DNA of 64,000 nt from Bacilli bacterium (GCA_017544165.1 JAFYER010000012.1:131538-195537); one strand, 5' to 3'. Shown: positions 18,987-28,930, counted from the stretch's first letter. Made by a program: numbers and translations. Notes: generated by a model from the sequence alone, not told the origin.

Positions 18987-20938
18987 TTTGTACCAACCTT
19001 CATCTTAGCAAAACCAATATCAACATCAATTAGTGATTTTATTAAATCTACTACTTGCTTATTATTAGCTTTCTTAGGAATATCTATAGTCAGTAAACAT
19101 CCACCTTTGAAATAAGATTGAACTTTACTTAATTTTTCCTTATTATCAATAAATTTACTGCTTTCAATTAGATCATAGACATTTTTATCAGTAATATTTT
19201 TGCTTACTCCATATATTGATTTATCAATACCGATAAGATACCTTCTTGATTGCAAATCACTTGGTTCAAAAACATTAAAGTTTATTTTTGCCTCTTCACT
19301 AAAATCAGTACATTTTTTATTAAAATAATCAAGTATTTTAATCATGAAGTCATATTGTTTTGTTTCATCTTTTTCTAATGCTATAACGCATTCTTTTAAG
19401 CCTATAAGGCCAATACTTAGATTGCCTGTTTTAATAATTTTCCGTATTTTTTGGCCGCTTTCAAGTCTCTCATCGCCAAGGATATTGCCATTAAATAGTG
19501 ATGCATAGTTTTCTTTACTTTTATTACCAATTGTTTCAAATGATAATAGTAATTCACTTTTAACTAAATCAAGTTGACTATCAAGCTCTTTATAAAACTC
19601 TTTTAAGTCTTTATTGATATATTTTAAGCCAATTCTTGCAAGGTTAATCGAGGTGCTTGCTACGACCATCCTGCCAGTTGCTTTATTTTCAGTATCATTA
19701 ATGTTTTCAAAAATACGCATGCCATTACTAAAGTATTCTGCTTCATAAGTATCATGGTTATATGAATTATCGACAAATGATAAAGAAATATTTTTTTGAT
19801 TAATGATTAGACTCGCAATTTTTGTTAAATAATGTTCATCACCATCAGACTTAACTTTAAACACAACATGAATATTATTTAAGTAGTTATTATCAGTTAA
19901 AAATGATATTAAGCTGCATCTTATAGTATTACATGCCTTTGATTCATCATTTCCTACGCTAATTGTATATGTGCAGCTTTCTTTAACATTTGTTTTTAAC
20001 ATTCCAAATACTCGACCAATAATATCGTTAATTAAGCCACTCATTTGCTTATCAACATCTTTTATAAGGGTTTTAAAAACATTTTCAATAACCGGATTAG
20101 TAATAAATTGTTTAAAGACATCGATTGAAATGTTTATATCCTCTATTTTATAAATAACTTCTTGAATCTTTTTATATGGAACAAATTCCAAAAGCCCACA
20201 CAAACGCAAATATTTTTTTAAATACTTATCAAGTTGTTTTTGATAGCAAGATATAATAAACTTTTTCAAAATAGAATCTAAAGAATTAATACCTATTTCG
20301 TTACTTACTTCACTTTGTGCATTAATAATATTACTGATAAATTCATCTAAGTATTCATCGTTTTCATCAATAGCAAGTTTAAGATTAACATGTGACAAAT
20401 ATCCTAAAGAAAAAGAGTTTAAATCGTGAATAAAAATATTGCCTTCTTCGAGAGCTCTTACATATTTACTATCTAAAACATATGCTTTAGCATATTCCGA
20501 AGAAATAATCTTACCAAATTTATTTAAAAGTTCTTTCGGAGTTAAACTTGAATCTTTACTATTGCTTTCTCCTTCAACTCTTTCAACTACCTTGACAAAT
20601 TTGTGTTGTTGTTTTTCATTAAAAACTTTTCTCGAAGCAGCTCTTTTTTGACGATAATCTTGAAAAGTTAAAAAAACTCTTTCAAACCCAGCATCCTTTA
20701 AAGTACTTTCTATGATGTCTTGAATATCTTCAACATTAATAGTTTTTCGGTCTTTATAATTAGTATTAATATACTTTAATACTTTTTCAAAAACACTATA
20801 AACTTGTTTCTCATCAGCTTCACCATATACGGCGTCAAACGCCTTTTTAACGGCTATTGCGATTTTGGAAGCGTTGAAATCAACTCTTTGTCCGCTGCGT
20901 TTAACTACAACTAGATTCTCTAATACTTCGTTCCACAT
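18983..20938 (-). CDS. NrdD-like paralogue with ATP-cone but lacking the C-terminal glycyl-radical/Zn-ribbon domain
   Basis: ATP-cone VVKRSGQRVDFNASKIAIAVKKAF; GNIFIHDLNSFSLGY aligns with HIHDLSMLTGYC of NrdD; RMVVASTSINLARIG aligns with VGVVTINMPRIA. The protein ends ...FAKMKVGTK with no RxxGY motif and no CxxC ribbon. Confidence 0.7.
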   Translation of the reverse strand: MWNEVLENLVVVKRSGQRVDFNASKIAIAVKKAFDAVYGEADEKQVYSVFEKVLKYINTNYKDRKTINVEDIQDIIESTLKDAGFERVFLTFQDYRQKRAASRKVFNEKQQHKFVKVVERVEGESNSKDSSLTPKELLNKFGKIISSEYAKAYVLDSKYVRALEEGNIFIHDLNSFSLGYLSHVNLKLAIDENDEYLDEFISNIINAQSEVSNEIGINSLDSILKKFIISCYQKQLDKYLKKYLRLCGLLEFVPYKKIQEVIYKIEDINISIDVFKQFITNPVIENVFKTLIKDVDKQMSGLINDIIGRVFGMLKTNVKESCTYTISVGNDESKACNTIRCSLISFLTDNNYLNNIHVVFKVKSDGDEHYLTKIASLIINQKNISLSFVDNSYNHDTYEAEYFSNGMRIFENINDTENKATGRMVVASTSINLARIGLKYINKDLKEFYKELDSQLDLVKSELLLSFETIGNKSKENYASLFNGNILGDERLESGQKIRKIIKTGNLSIGLIGLKECVIALEKDETKQYDFMIKILDYFNKKCTDFSEEAKINFNVFEPSDLQSRRYLIGIDKSIYGVSKNITDKNVYDLIESSKFIDNKEKLSKVQSYFKGGCLLTIDIPKKANNKQVVDLIKSLIDVDIGFAKMKVGTK

Positions 20939-20967
20939 AACATTACCTCTGCCATTTCCCCTAGGCT

Positions 20968-20983
20968 ATGATAATCTTATCAT
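20968..20983. promoter_or_regulatory. 16-bp palindrome ATGATAATCTTATCAT (Fur/PerR-box-like) in the 5' leader of the nrdD-like/nrdG/nrdD operon
   Basis: 7-2-7 inverted repeat ATGATAA-TC-TTATCAT, 30-45 nt upstream of the start codon at 20938. It resembles the TGATAAT-N-ATTATCA Fur-family consensus. Confidence 0.25.
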
Positions 20984-21150
20984 TTTAAAGATTACTTATC
21001 AATGTTTTTTTAATTAATTTTTTATTTTTTACACTTTTTTGTAAATTTTAAAAAAATAATTTTTTATATAAAAAAACATTTAGCTGTTCTAAGCCAAATA
21101 TTCATTTTTTTATTTTTTCGTTCATTGACAATTAATAGACATTAGTAACT

Positions 21151-21181
21151 AAATAAATAAAAAACCATTCCAATTGGAATG
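21151..21181 (-). terminator. rho-independent terminator downstream of tsf
   Basis: Palindrome CATTCCAATTGGAATG (21166..21181), followed on the minus strand by GTTTTTTATTTATTT. Confidence 0.5.
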
Positions 21182-21190
21182 ATTTAATTA

Positions 21191-22069
21191 TTAATTACCA
21201 TTAACTTGATTCATTACTTCTTCAGCAAAGTTATCGTTTCTTTTTTGCATACCTTCGCCTACTTCGTAGCGAACCATTGACTTAATTTCTCCACCATTGT
21301 TAGTTACGTATTTATTTACAGAAATATCTCCATCTTTGATAAATGGTTGTTCAGCAAGGCATATTTCCTTGTAGTATTTCTTAATACGTCCCTCGACCAT
21401 TTTTTCAGCAATATCAGCTGGTTTGCCTTCGTTGATAGCAAGTTCTTTTTGAACTTGTCTTTCAGCATCAAGTACATCAGCAGGTACATCACTTTCAAAA
21501 ACATATAATGGTTTCATAGCAGCTGATTGCATAGCTACATCTTTAGCAACTTCGTCATTAGCACCTTTAATAACTGTTAATACAGCAATTTTGCCACCCA
21601 TATGAATATAGTTACCAAAATGTTCGTCATCAGCTTTAGTTACTTTTTCAAATCTTCTTAGAGATAATTTTTCACCAATTTTAGCAGTTTTAGCAATAAT
21701 TAAATCTGCTATAGTCCCTTCCTCACAAGCAAGAGCATTTGCTTCCTCTAAAGAAGTTGCATCACTTTTTAAAATAGTATTACCGATTGTATCAATCATT
21801 TCTCTAAATTCTTCATTTTTAGAAACGAAATCAGTTTCACTATTTACCTCAATAATTACAGCATTATTGCCATCAACATAGATATTTGCTAAACCTTCAG
21901 CAGCAATTCTGCTTTCTTTTTTAGCAGATTTAGCAATGCCTTTTTCACGAAGCCAATTGATTGCTTCGTCCATATCGCCATTACATTCGCTTAAAGCTTT
22001 TTTACAATCCATCATGCCTGCGCCAGTTGCTTCTCTTAAATCTTTAACTAGACTTGCAGTTATTTCCAT
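21191..22069 (-). CDS. tsf: elongation factor Ts
   Basis: MEITASLVKDLREATGAGMMDCKKAL, the UBA-like N-terminus of EF-Ts, plus dimerisation core. Confidence 0.9.
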   Translation of the reverse strand: MEITASLVKDLREATGAGMMDCKKALSECNGDMDEAINWLREKGIAKSAKKESRIAAEGLANIYVDGNNAVIIEVNSETDFVSKNEEFREMIDTIGNTILKSDATSLEEANALACEEGTIADLIIAKTAKIGEKLSLRRFEKVTKADDEHFGNYIHMGGKIAVLTVIKGANDEVAKDVAMQSAAMKPLYVFESDVPADVLDAERQVQKELAINEGKPADIAEKMVEGRIKKYYKEICLAEQPFIKDGDISVNKYVTNNGGEIKSMVRYEVGEGMQKRNDNFAEEVMNQVNGN

Positions 22070-22077
22070 AAAAACAC

Positions 22078-22185
22078 CTACTTTAATGCCGCAATAAGGT
22101 CATCTTTTTTCATTGCTGAATAACCTTTAATGCCTTTTTCTTTAGCTAATGCTTTTAATTCTACTAATGTCTTTGAAGATAAGTC
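22078..22185. repeat. ~105-bp dispersed repeat (copy 1) encoding the shared Rho_N-like C-terminal module of S2
   Basis: Roughly 85-90% nucleotide identity with 52291..52398 by manual alignment. Confidence 0.7.
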
Positions 22186-23052
22186 TTCTTTTGCTTCTAC
22201 AGTTTCTTCAGTTTCATCGTCATCATCAACAACATCTTCAACGGTATAAACATCACTTGCTTTTTCAGCTTTTACTTCAGCAGTAACAGGTTCTTCTTTA
22301 ATTAGCTCTTCCATTGTTTCTTTGCCTTTAGTTTTACCTTTATCTTCTTCAGAAACATAGTCAACCATTTCAAGGCCTGTTGCTTCACATATAGCATTTG
22401 CTAATACGCCAAGTAAAACTTTGATACTTCTTACAGCATCATCATTACCAGGAATGACAAAATCAACATCATCTGGATCACCATTAGTGTCTACTACGCC
22501 AAATACTGGAATATGTAATTTTCTAGCTTCTTTTATAGCGTTGATTTCCTTTTTAGGATCAACAATAATTAATGCTTGTGGAAGTTTAACCATTTCTCTA
22601 ATACCACAAAGTAAACGATTAAGTTTTTCATATTCTTTCTTAATACCAATTACTTCTTTCTTAGGTAGAACTTCAAATGTACCATTAGCTTCCATAGCTT
22701 CTATTTCTTCTAATCTTTTAATTCTTCTTCTAATTGTTCTAAAATTAGTAAGAGTACCACCTAACCATCTTTCAGTTACATAATAAGAATTACTACGCAT
22801 AGCTTCTTCTACTGCAACTTCTCCTGATTGTTTTTTAGTTCCAACAAATAAGAACTTTCCTCCATTAGTAGCGATTGTCTTAATTTCTTCATAAGCAACC
22901 TCTAATAATGCTTGTGTTTTTTCAAGGTCAATGATATAAATATCATCTCTTGAATTAAAGATGTATTCCTTCATCTTAGGATTCCATCTCTTTGTTTGAT
23001 GTCCAAAATGAACACCAGCTTCTAATAAGTAGTTCATTGATACTACTGGCAT
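22078..23052 (-). CDS. rpsB: 30S ribosomal protein S2 with acidic linker and C-terminal Rho_N/SAP-like module
   Basis: S2 core [19 protein letters not shown]... followed by an acidic linker and ...[36 protein letters not shown]. This module recurs at the L20 C-terminus. Confidence 0.9.
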   Translation of the reverse strand: MPVVSMNYLLEAGVHFGHQTKRWNPKMKEYIFNSRDDIYIIDLEKTQALLEVAYEEIKTIATNGGKFLFVGTKKQSGEVAVEEAMRSNSYYVTERWLGGTLTNFRTIRRRIKRLEEIEAMEANGTFEVLPKKEVIGIKKEYEKLNRLLCGIREMVKLPQALIIVDPKKEINAIKEARKLHIPVFGVVDTNGDPDDVDFVIPGNDDAVRSIKVLLGVLANAICEATGLEMVDYVSEEDKGKTKGKETMEELIKEEPVTAEVKAEKASDVYTVEDVVDDDDETEETVEAKEDLSSKTLVELKALAKEKGIKGYSAMKKDDLIAALK

Positions 23053-23206
23053 GAAATATCCCTCCTTCGTTATTACACCTCAATGCCTCATCCCAATTTT
23101 TCACCCTCTTCGGGCACTCGAAATAACCAGTCAGCATTGATGCTATTTGCTTTCATAAGCCATATGTATTTTATCAAAATTTGTCTTAATCTACAAGCAT
23201 TTTTTA

Positions 23207-23518
23207 TTATATACGACTTCCGTTTAATTCAATATATTCTTGATCAATGTATGGTAAAGCAATTTCACCATATACGCGATAAAGAGCATCAAAAAAAATG
23301 TGCTTAATATTTGTCTCAGCATATTTATGTTTATGTTCTGTCATAAACTCCATTGAGCATAAACTTTGCAATACCATCTCTAAGCAAGTAAGAAATTGTT
23401 CTTCTTCACCATCTCTTGCAAAATCATAAAAACTTAGAGTTTCTACGCAATGATTTACCACACTTATATCAAACCCATATTCTTCTGCTAAACTAGCATA
23501 AATTTCTTGTCTGTCCAT
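23207..23518 (-). CDS. hypothetical small protein
   Basis: 103-aa ORF between queH and rpsB. No motif recognised. Confidence 0.45.
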   Translation of the reverse strand: MDRQEIYASLAEEYGFDISVVNHCVETLSFYDFARDGEEEQFLTCLEMVLQSLCSMEFMTEHKHKYAETNIKHIFFDALYRVYGEIALPYIDQEYIELNGSRI

Positions 23519-23521
23519 TTT

Positions 23522-24142
23522 TTACACCTCTTCCTTTATAATTGCATTATCTTTACTATAATGACAGCCACAATAATTTTGACGGTATAAACTATATTCT
23601 TTCGATAGTTCAATCGATTTTTTATATCCGTCCTCTTTTTTAAAATCACTATATAAAAATTCAACACCAACATTTTTAGAAACTATTTCACCAATTTCGT
23701 TGATTATTTGAGAATTTTTATATGGACTTACCGTAAGCGTCGTACCAAAAAAGTCATACCCCTTTTCTTTGGCAATATTTGCGGTTTTCTTTAGACGTAG
23801 TTCGTAACATTTATGGCATCTTTTACCACCCTCTGGTTCTTTTTCAAGGCCTTCAGTCATTCTTTCAAAAGATGCATTATCATAATCGCAGTCCATAAAA
23901 TCAAGTTTATTAATTGGTTTAAATGCTTTAATAAACCTTATTTGTTCTTGTTTTCTTTTTTCATATTCTTCCTGTGGTTCAATATTGGGATTGTAATATA
24001 GCACTGTTATATCAAAATACTTTGTAAGTCTTGTGATACACTCAGTTGAACATGGTCCGCAGCAAGAATGAAGTAGTATCTTAGGCGCACTTTTAAGTGA
24101 GCTAATGATATCATTCATCTTCAGGTTGTAATTTGTCTTCAC
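23522..24142 (-). CDS. queH: epoxyqueuosine reductase QueH (DUF208)
   Basis: ILLHSCCGPCST Cys motif plus downstream C...C pairs (CHKC, CGCH) typical of QueH. RBS AAGGAAGAGGA precedes the ATG at 24142. Confidence 0.75.
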   Translation of the reverse strand: MKTNYNLKMNDIISSLKSAPKILLHSCCGPCSTECITRLTKYFDITVLYYNPNIEPQEEYEKRKQEQIRFIKAFKPINKLDFMDCDYDNASFERMTEGLEKEPEGGKRCHKCYELRLKKTANIAKEKGYDFFGTTLTVSPYKNSQIINEIGEIVSKNVGVEFLYSDFKKEDGYKKSIELSKEYSLYRQNYCGCHYSKDNAIIKEEV

Positions 24143-24863
24143 TAGTATCCTCTTCCTTTGGAGCTTCTTCCTTAGTTTTAAAGATATAGTTTTTACTACT
24201 ACTATCTAAATAAAGAATTCCCCCACTGCCAACGGTTGCATAAATTGTTTGATATTTATTTAGTTTTTCAATATTGACAATGTTTATATAAACTTTATTG
24301 CCATCATTCATTCGCAGAATAAAGCGTTCACTATCAATTATCGTATCATTATAACGATCAGGGCTATACTCAATTTCACTAATCATCATAATTACATTAT
24401 TATCAATCTTGCTAAAGCCTTTGACAAACGCCTCTATTATATCACTTGGGACATAATTTACAAGAGTCGGATAACCGAGATATTTTTTATCATCCTCAAT
24501 TTTTGCACCATTTGATAAAACTAGCTTGTCATCACGCAAATCATAATAAATGATTTTATTTTCCTTGACTGTTATAGTTACTTTGCCAAAAATATTAGCC
24601 TTTATCTTACAATCATTAATTAGGGGTATATTCTTTTTTAATTTTTTTCTTAATGCATGTGAATTAATCTTAAATAGTGGTGTTGTTTCATCAATATTGA
24701 TTACATCAATTATTTGTTTTTCTGTAACTAATTTATTATCTTTTACTACAATGTTTTTAATTGGCATTTTCAAAATGTAATACACTATCATGGCAATAAG
24801 ATATAAAACTAAAAAGAATAATATAAATCCCCGAATGCGTAGTTTTTTACGTGTTTTTTTCAT
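24111..24863 (-). CDS. ftsQ: cell division protein FtsQ/DivIB
   Basis: Basic N-terminus, single TM helix, then a POTRA-like domain. It sits directly downstream of murG-murB. Confidence 0.7.
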   Translation of the reverse strand: MKKTRKKLRIRGFILFFLVLYLIAMIVYYILKMPIKNIVVKDNKLVTEKQIIDVINIDETTPLFKINSHALRKKLKKNIPLINDCKIKANIFGKVTITVKENKIIYYDLRDDKLVLSNGAKIEDDKKYLGYPTLVNYVPSDIIEAFVKGFSKIDNNVIMMISEIEYSPDRYNDTIIDSERFILRMNDGNKVYINIVNIEKLNKYQTIYATVGSGGILYLDSSSKNYIFKTKEEAPKEEDTSEDKLQPEDE

Positions 24864-25738
24864 AACTTATCCCATTTGATGATACTTGGTTCAACGACTA
24901 AATCAATCTGATAAGCATCTTTTACTTCTTTTTTAACATGATTAATTAAATCAACGAAATCTTTGAAAGAGGCATTATCATTATTGATAATAAAGTTAGC
25001 GTGTTTATCACTTACTTTTGCTCCACCAATTGTATAACCTTTTAATTTTAAGTCATCAATCATCTTACCCGCTGAGGCATTTTCAGGATTACGAAAAACA
25101 CTTCCAACGTTATGGTAATTAAGCGGCTGAGTTTCCATCCTTTTGGCATTATTTTGGATTATTTCTTCATAAGCTGCATTAACATCACCTTTAGATAGAG
25201 TAAATACAACATTTAATACAATATATTTATCTTTAAGGGATGTATATCTATAACCATAAGAAATATCTTTTCGATCAATAACAAAAATTTCACCATTTTT
25301 GTCCATTACCTCGACTGATTTGACAAACTCCATTATTTCATGGCCATAACATCCTGCATTTCCAACTACGCTTCCGCCAACATTTCCTGGAATCATCGAA
25401 GCAAATCCAAGTGAAACAAAACCATTATTTAAAGTAGTCTTTGAAAGAAATGCTAGGGAAACACCACTGCCAACCGTTACTTCATTTTCGCAAAAGACAA
25501 TATCTTTGAAATAATCTAATTTAATGATTATACCATTAAAATCACTATCATCTAATATGACATTAGTTCCATTACCTAAAACTAAATATTTCATGTTATT
25601 TTCGTGAATATATTCAAGTAAATTTTGTAGTTCTCCGATATTACGAGGTTTAACCAGATATTTAGCATGTCCTCCGATTTTTAAAGAAGTGTAATTTTTT
25701 AAATCGACATCATTTAATACTTCACCGACATTATTCAT
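24860..25738 (-). CDS. murB: UDP-N-acetylenolpyruvoylglucosamine reductase
   Basis: FAD-binding LKIGGHAKYLV and a MurB C-terminal domain. It overlaps murG and ftsQ by 4 nt. Confidence 0.85.
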   Translation of the reverse strand: MNNVGEVLNDVDLKNYTSLKIGGHAKYLVKPRNIGELQNLLEYIHENNMKYLVLGNGTNVILDDSDFNGIIIKLDYFKDIVFCENEVTVGSGVSLAFLSKTTLNNGFVSLGFASMIPGNVGGSVVGNAGCYGHEIMEFVKSVEVMDKNGEIFVIDRKDISYGYRYTSLKDKYIVLNVVFTLSKGDVNAAYEEIIQNNAKRMETQPLNYHNVGSVFRNPENASAGKMIDDLKLKGYTIGGAKVSDKHANFIINNDNASFKDFVDLINHVKKEVKDAYQIDLVVEPSIIKWDKL

Positions 25739-26829
25739 TTTAATAACTCCTTTATTTGTTCATATATAATTGTACTAGCATTTTTCATATCAAGTTTTTT
25801 CAAATTTTCCTTCATTTTTTGATATTCATCATTGCCACTTAGTAGATCTTTGATACTTTGATACATCTTTTGCGCATCTAAATCTTTTTCTTCACACATG
25901 ATACTTACTTTCTTTGTCTTTAAATCAAGAGCATTATAATATTGATGATTATTAGCAACATATGGTGATGGTATTAAAATGCTAGGAACCTCAAGAGCAA
26001 GTATTTCCGAAATAGTACCAGCTCCGGCTCTTGAAATGATCAAATCAACATCACTCAATAGTCCAGACATGTTATTTAAAAATGGTAAAACCTTAACACT
26101 TTTTGCAAACTCTTTATCTTTAGTAAATTCCTCATAGTAACTCTCACCAGTTATGTATAAGACTTCAAATATATCATTATCATTAACTAAGCTTAAAAAC
26201 TTAGTAGCAAAATCATTTATAGTTGCACTTCCCAAAGATCCTGATACAAACAAAAGGAGCTTTTTATTTTTACTAAATCCTAAACTTTCTTTGGGTATCT
26301 TTTTCGTTGTTAAAGCATTTTCTCCACAAGGATTACCTGTATAAATTACTTTTTTAGCATTTTTAAAATATTTATTACTATTTTCATAAGAAGTACAAAC
26401 TAAGTCGACATTTTTAGTAAATAGTTTATTTGTCTTACCCGGAATACTATTTTGCTCGTGAACTGCTACGGGAATACCCAATTTTTTAGCAGCGGTAATA
26501 ACTGGCATTGTAACATATCCACCTACACCAATTACAATATCTGGTTTAAAATCCTTCATTATTTTTATACATCTATTAACTGCTTTTTTAATAAGAAAAA
26601 TATTTTTTATATCACGAAAAAACATGGTTTTACTAAAACCATATATTTCAATTGCTTCATATTTAATACCCATGCTCGGAATAATATCTTTTTCCATGCG
26701 GTTATGAGTACCTATATATAAAACATTTAAATCTTTTTCTTTTTCTTTAAATTTATTAATAATGGCTACAGCAGGATAAATATGACCCCCAGTACCACCA
26801 GCACTGATTATAATATTCATTATTATCAC
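25735..26829 (-). CDS. murG: UDP-GlcNAc:undecaprenyl-PP-MurNAc-pentapeptide GlcNAc transferase
   Basis: IISAGGTGGHIYPAVAI N-terminal G-loop and GT28 C-terminal domain. Confidence 0.85.
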   Translation of the reverse strand: MIIMNIIISAGGTGGHIYPAVAIINKFKEKEKDLNVLYIGTHNRMEKDIIPSMGIKYEAIEIYGFSKTMFFRDIKNIFLIKKAVNRCIKIMKDFKPDIVIGVGGYVTMPVITAAKKLGIPVAVHEQNSIPGKTNKLFTKNVDLVCTSYENSNKYFKNAKKVIYTGNPCGENALTTKKIPKESLGFSKNKKLLLFVSGSLGSATINDFATKFLSLVNDNDIFEVLYITGESYYEEFTKDKEFAKSVKVLPFLNNMSGLLSDVDLIISRAGAGTISEILALEVPSILIPSPYVANNHQYYNALDLKTKKVSIMCEEKDLDAQKMYQSIKDLLSGNDEYQKMKENLKKLDMKNASTIIYEQIKELLK

Positions 26830-26891
26830 CTATAAATATTATACAAAATACCATGTATATTTACAATTAACTTACCTATTTTATTGACATT

Positions 26892-27950
26892 TTATGTGGT
26901 TAAATCCGCAATATACCAATAACCATCAACTTCGATTAGATATAGTGTTAAATTTGTTTGATATTCTTTTAAATCATCATTAACATAAAATGAATAACTA
27001 TATTTAATATCAACTGAGTAAAGATCATTTTGATACTTTTGCATATTTTCAAAAGCAAAATCCGAAAATTCGGTTGGAGTATGAGCTGCTAACCATATAT
27101 TTGTATTTGCAACCGTTCTTAAAAAATTATAGGCATTCGAGTTTTGAACAACTGCTCCTGAAATGCTGCCAAATGTAGCTTCATTGACAACATACTTTGT
27201 ATAGTTTTTACACCAATCTATCAGAAAATCTTTATGTTCTTCAAGAAGTTTTTCATCGCTTGGATACGTTAAAGAATAAACATTGCCCTCTTTTTGAAAA
27301 CTGCTTTTTTCATAATTAATAACACTATTTTTATAAACATCTGTTATTTCATACATAACAAGTGGTGAAAAATCGACATATGGCAAATCATTATTTAGTT
27401 TTTCTAGATAATAGTTTTCATCAGTTACATCATCTTTTGATAATTCAATACCATTAATTGTAATTATTTCATCTGGTAAAGCGATTATTTTGATGTCTTC
27501 TTTATTAAAGAAATAATCAATATGATCAACTCCCCATTTAACTGTATTAAACATATCTTTTTTTGACGATGATTTTAATTTGACGACAGCAATTTCTTTA
27601 TCATTATCTAGTATGGAGTATACTGGCGTTTTATCCTTGTATTCTCCCCTTTTCTTTTCATATGAAATCTTTGCTTTCTTTAAATCATCTTTCATTATGT
27701 TTTGAGAAGAATCTTTTGTATTATATTTTCCTTCAATTTCAATATATTCTAATAATTTTTCAGTTTTCCCTTTTTGAAATAACTTGCTTACTTTTTCAGC
27801 TTCATATTCCGGTCTACTTTTTTCGTAAAAAACTAGGAATGTCCATAGTAATGCCCATATAAATATAATAATTATAAAAGATATAATTAAAAAAATCCGA
27901 TAATGTTTCCAAAACTTTTTATTTTCTTTTGGTTCCCGTTTCTTTTTCAT
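26892..27950 (-). CDS. hypothetical membrane-anchored protein
   Basis: 352 aa with an N-terminal TM helix. No family assigned. Confidence 0.5.
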   Translation of the reverse strand: MKKKREPKENKKFWKHYRIFLIISFIIIIFIWALLWTFLVFYEKSRPEYEAEKVSKLFQKGKTEKLLEYIEIEGKYNTKDSSQNIMKDDLKKAKISYEKKRGEYKDKTPVYSILDNDKEIAVVKLKSSSKKDMFNTVKWGVDHIDYFFNKEDIKIIALPDEIITINGIELSKDDVTDENYYLEKLNNDLPYVDFSPLVMYEITDVYKNSVINYEKSSFQKEGNVYSLTYPSDEKLLEEHKDFLIDWCKNYTKYVVNEATFGSISGAVVQNSNAYNFLRTVANTNIWLAAHTPTEFSDFAFENMQKYQNDLYSVDIKYSYSFYVNDDLKEYQTNLTLYLIEVDGYWYIADLTT

Positions 27951-27952
27951 TT

Positions 27953-28930
27953 TTACCTCACGATAATACTTGTAGGCATTTCTCTTGCGCCAACTAAAGA
28001 AGAACTATTATTAATGTATTTGCCTTTATAGTATAAAAGACTTGATGATCCACCATCGAGATTAGCAGCATTAATAGCCTTATATTCCAAGAAAACATTC
28101 ATGACATCTTCATATGAAGCACCTAAGCTGTTTGCCTGTCTTCCATCAATTACAAGTAAAAGGACAGCCCCATCTTCCCTTTGACCGATTGCTGTTCTTG
28201 GGTTTAAACCACCACCGGTTCCATTTATTTTCGCAGGTTTACCATTGACAATTAAAATTGGTCCGAAAGAAAGCGCATCTCTTACGCCTCGATTAATTGC
28301 TTGACCTCCTGTCATGTTGCCAACAACAAGTTTATTATCATAATCAAAGCCAATTAATTCATAACTGCGATTTTCAGAGCCATACACTATTTTCCCATTT
28401 GAAATAACAATGCCAATTGGTGTTCCTCCATTACCCATTCCACCAGCATCTTCAAAACCACCACCATTGGTAGCAAGTACAGCATTATAACTTTTAGCCA
28501 TATCTTCAACTGTTTTGCCGGAATAACTAGGACCATACGGGCCACTTACACCAATTGTAACTCTTGATGGATCATGAACTATAGCCATTATTCCCTTAAA
28601 AGTTGAGCCTTTAATATTAATTAGTTCTATTTCATCTAAATTATCTTTAGTACTATCTATTTCTATTAAATCAGAATTGGTTACATCTTTCATAGCTTCA
28701 ACAGAATTATTTTTTTGAATTTCTTTTATTTTACTTTTAGATATAAATAATGTGGCCATAAATTTACCAGCGCTAGACTCCATAGCCGAATTTACAAATA
28801 AATTACGGGCAGTCTTCGAAGGGCCAAATTCTAGCACTAAAATTATACCTGTTAAAAAGATTAAGATAAGAAGAATTACTGATAAAAAATATATGACTAT
28901 TTTCTTTCCTAAGCCTATTTTCTTTTTCAT
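27953..28930 (-). CDS. phosphodiester glycosidase family protein (DUF2233/NAGPA-like)
   Basis: N-terminal TM helix, LATNGGGF...GG.P.G...S.G......G.......NGTGGG...PRTAIG..DG....LV.DGRQ and DGGSSS motifs. Confidence 0.65.
   Translation of the reverse strand: MKKKIGLGKKIVIYFLSVILLILIFLTGIILVLEFGPSKTARNLFVNSAMESSAGKFMATLFISKSKIKEIQKNNSVEAMKDVTNSDLIEIDSTKDNLDEIELINIKGSTFKGIMAIVHDPSRVTIGVSGPYGPSYSGKTVEDMAKSYNAVLATNGGGFEDAGGMGNGGTPIGIVISNGKIVYGSENRSYELIGFDYDNKLVVGNMTGGQAINRGVRDALSFGPILIVNGKPAKINGTGGGLNPRTAIGQREDGAVLLLVIDGRQANSLGASYEDVMNVFLEYKAINAANLDGGSSSLLYYKGKYINNSSSLVGAREMPTSIIVR

Noticed and set aside
20984-21120. Searched the nrd operon upstream region for NrdR boxes (acaCwAtATaTwGtgt).
   Set aside because: Only partial, non-palindromic matches such as TACACTTTTTTGTAAA were found. 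No convincing tandem NrdR boxes are present.
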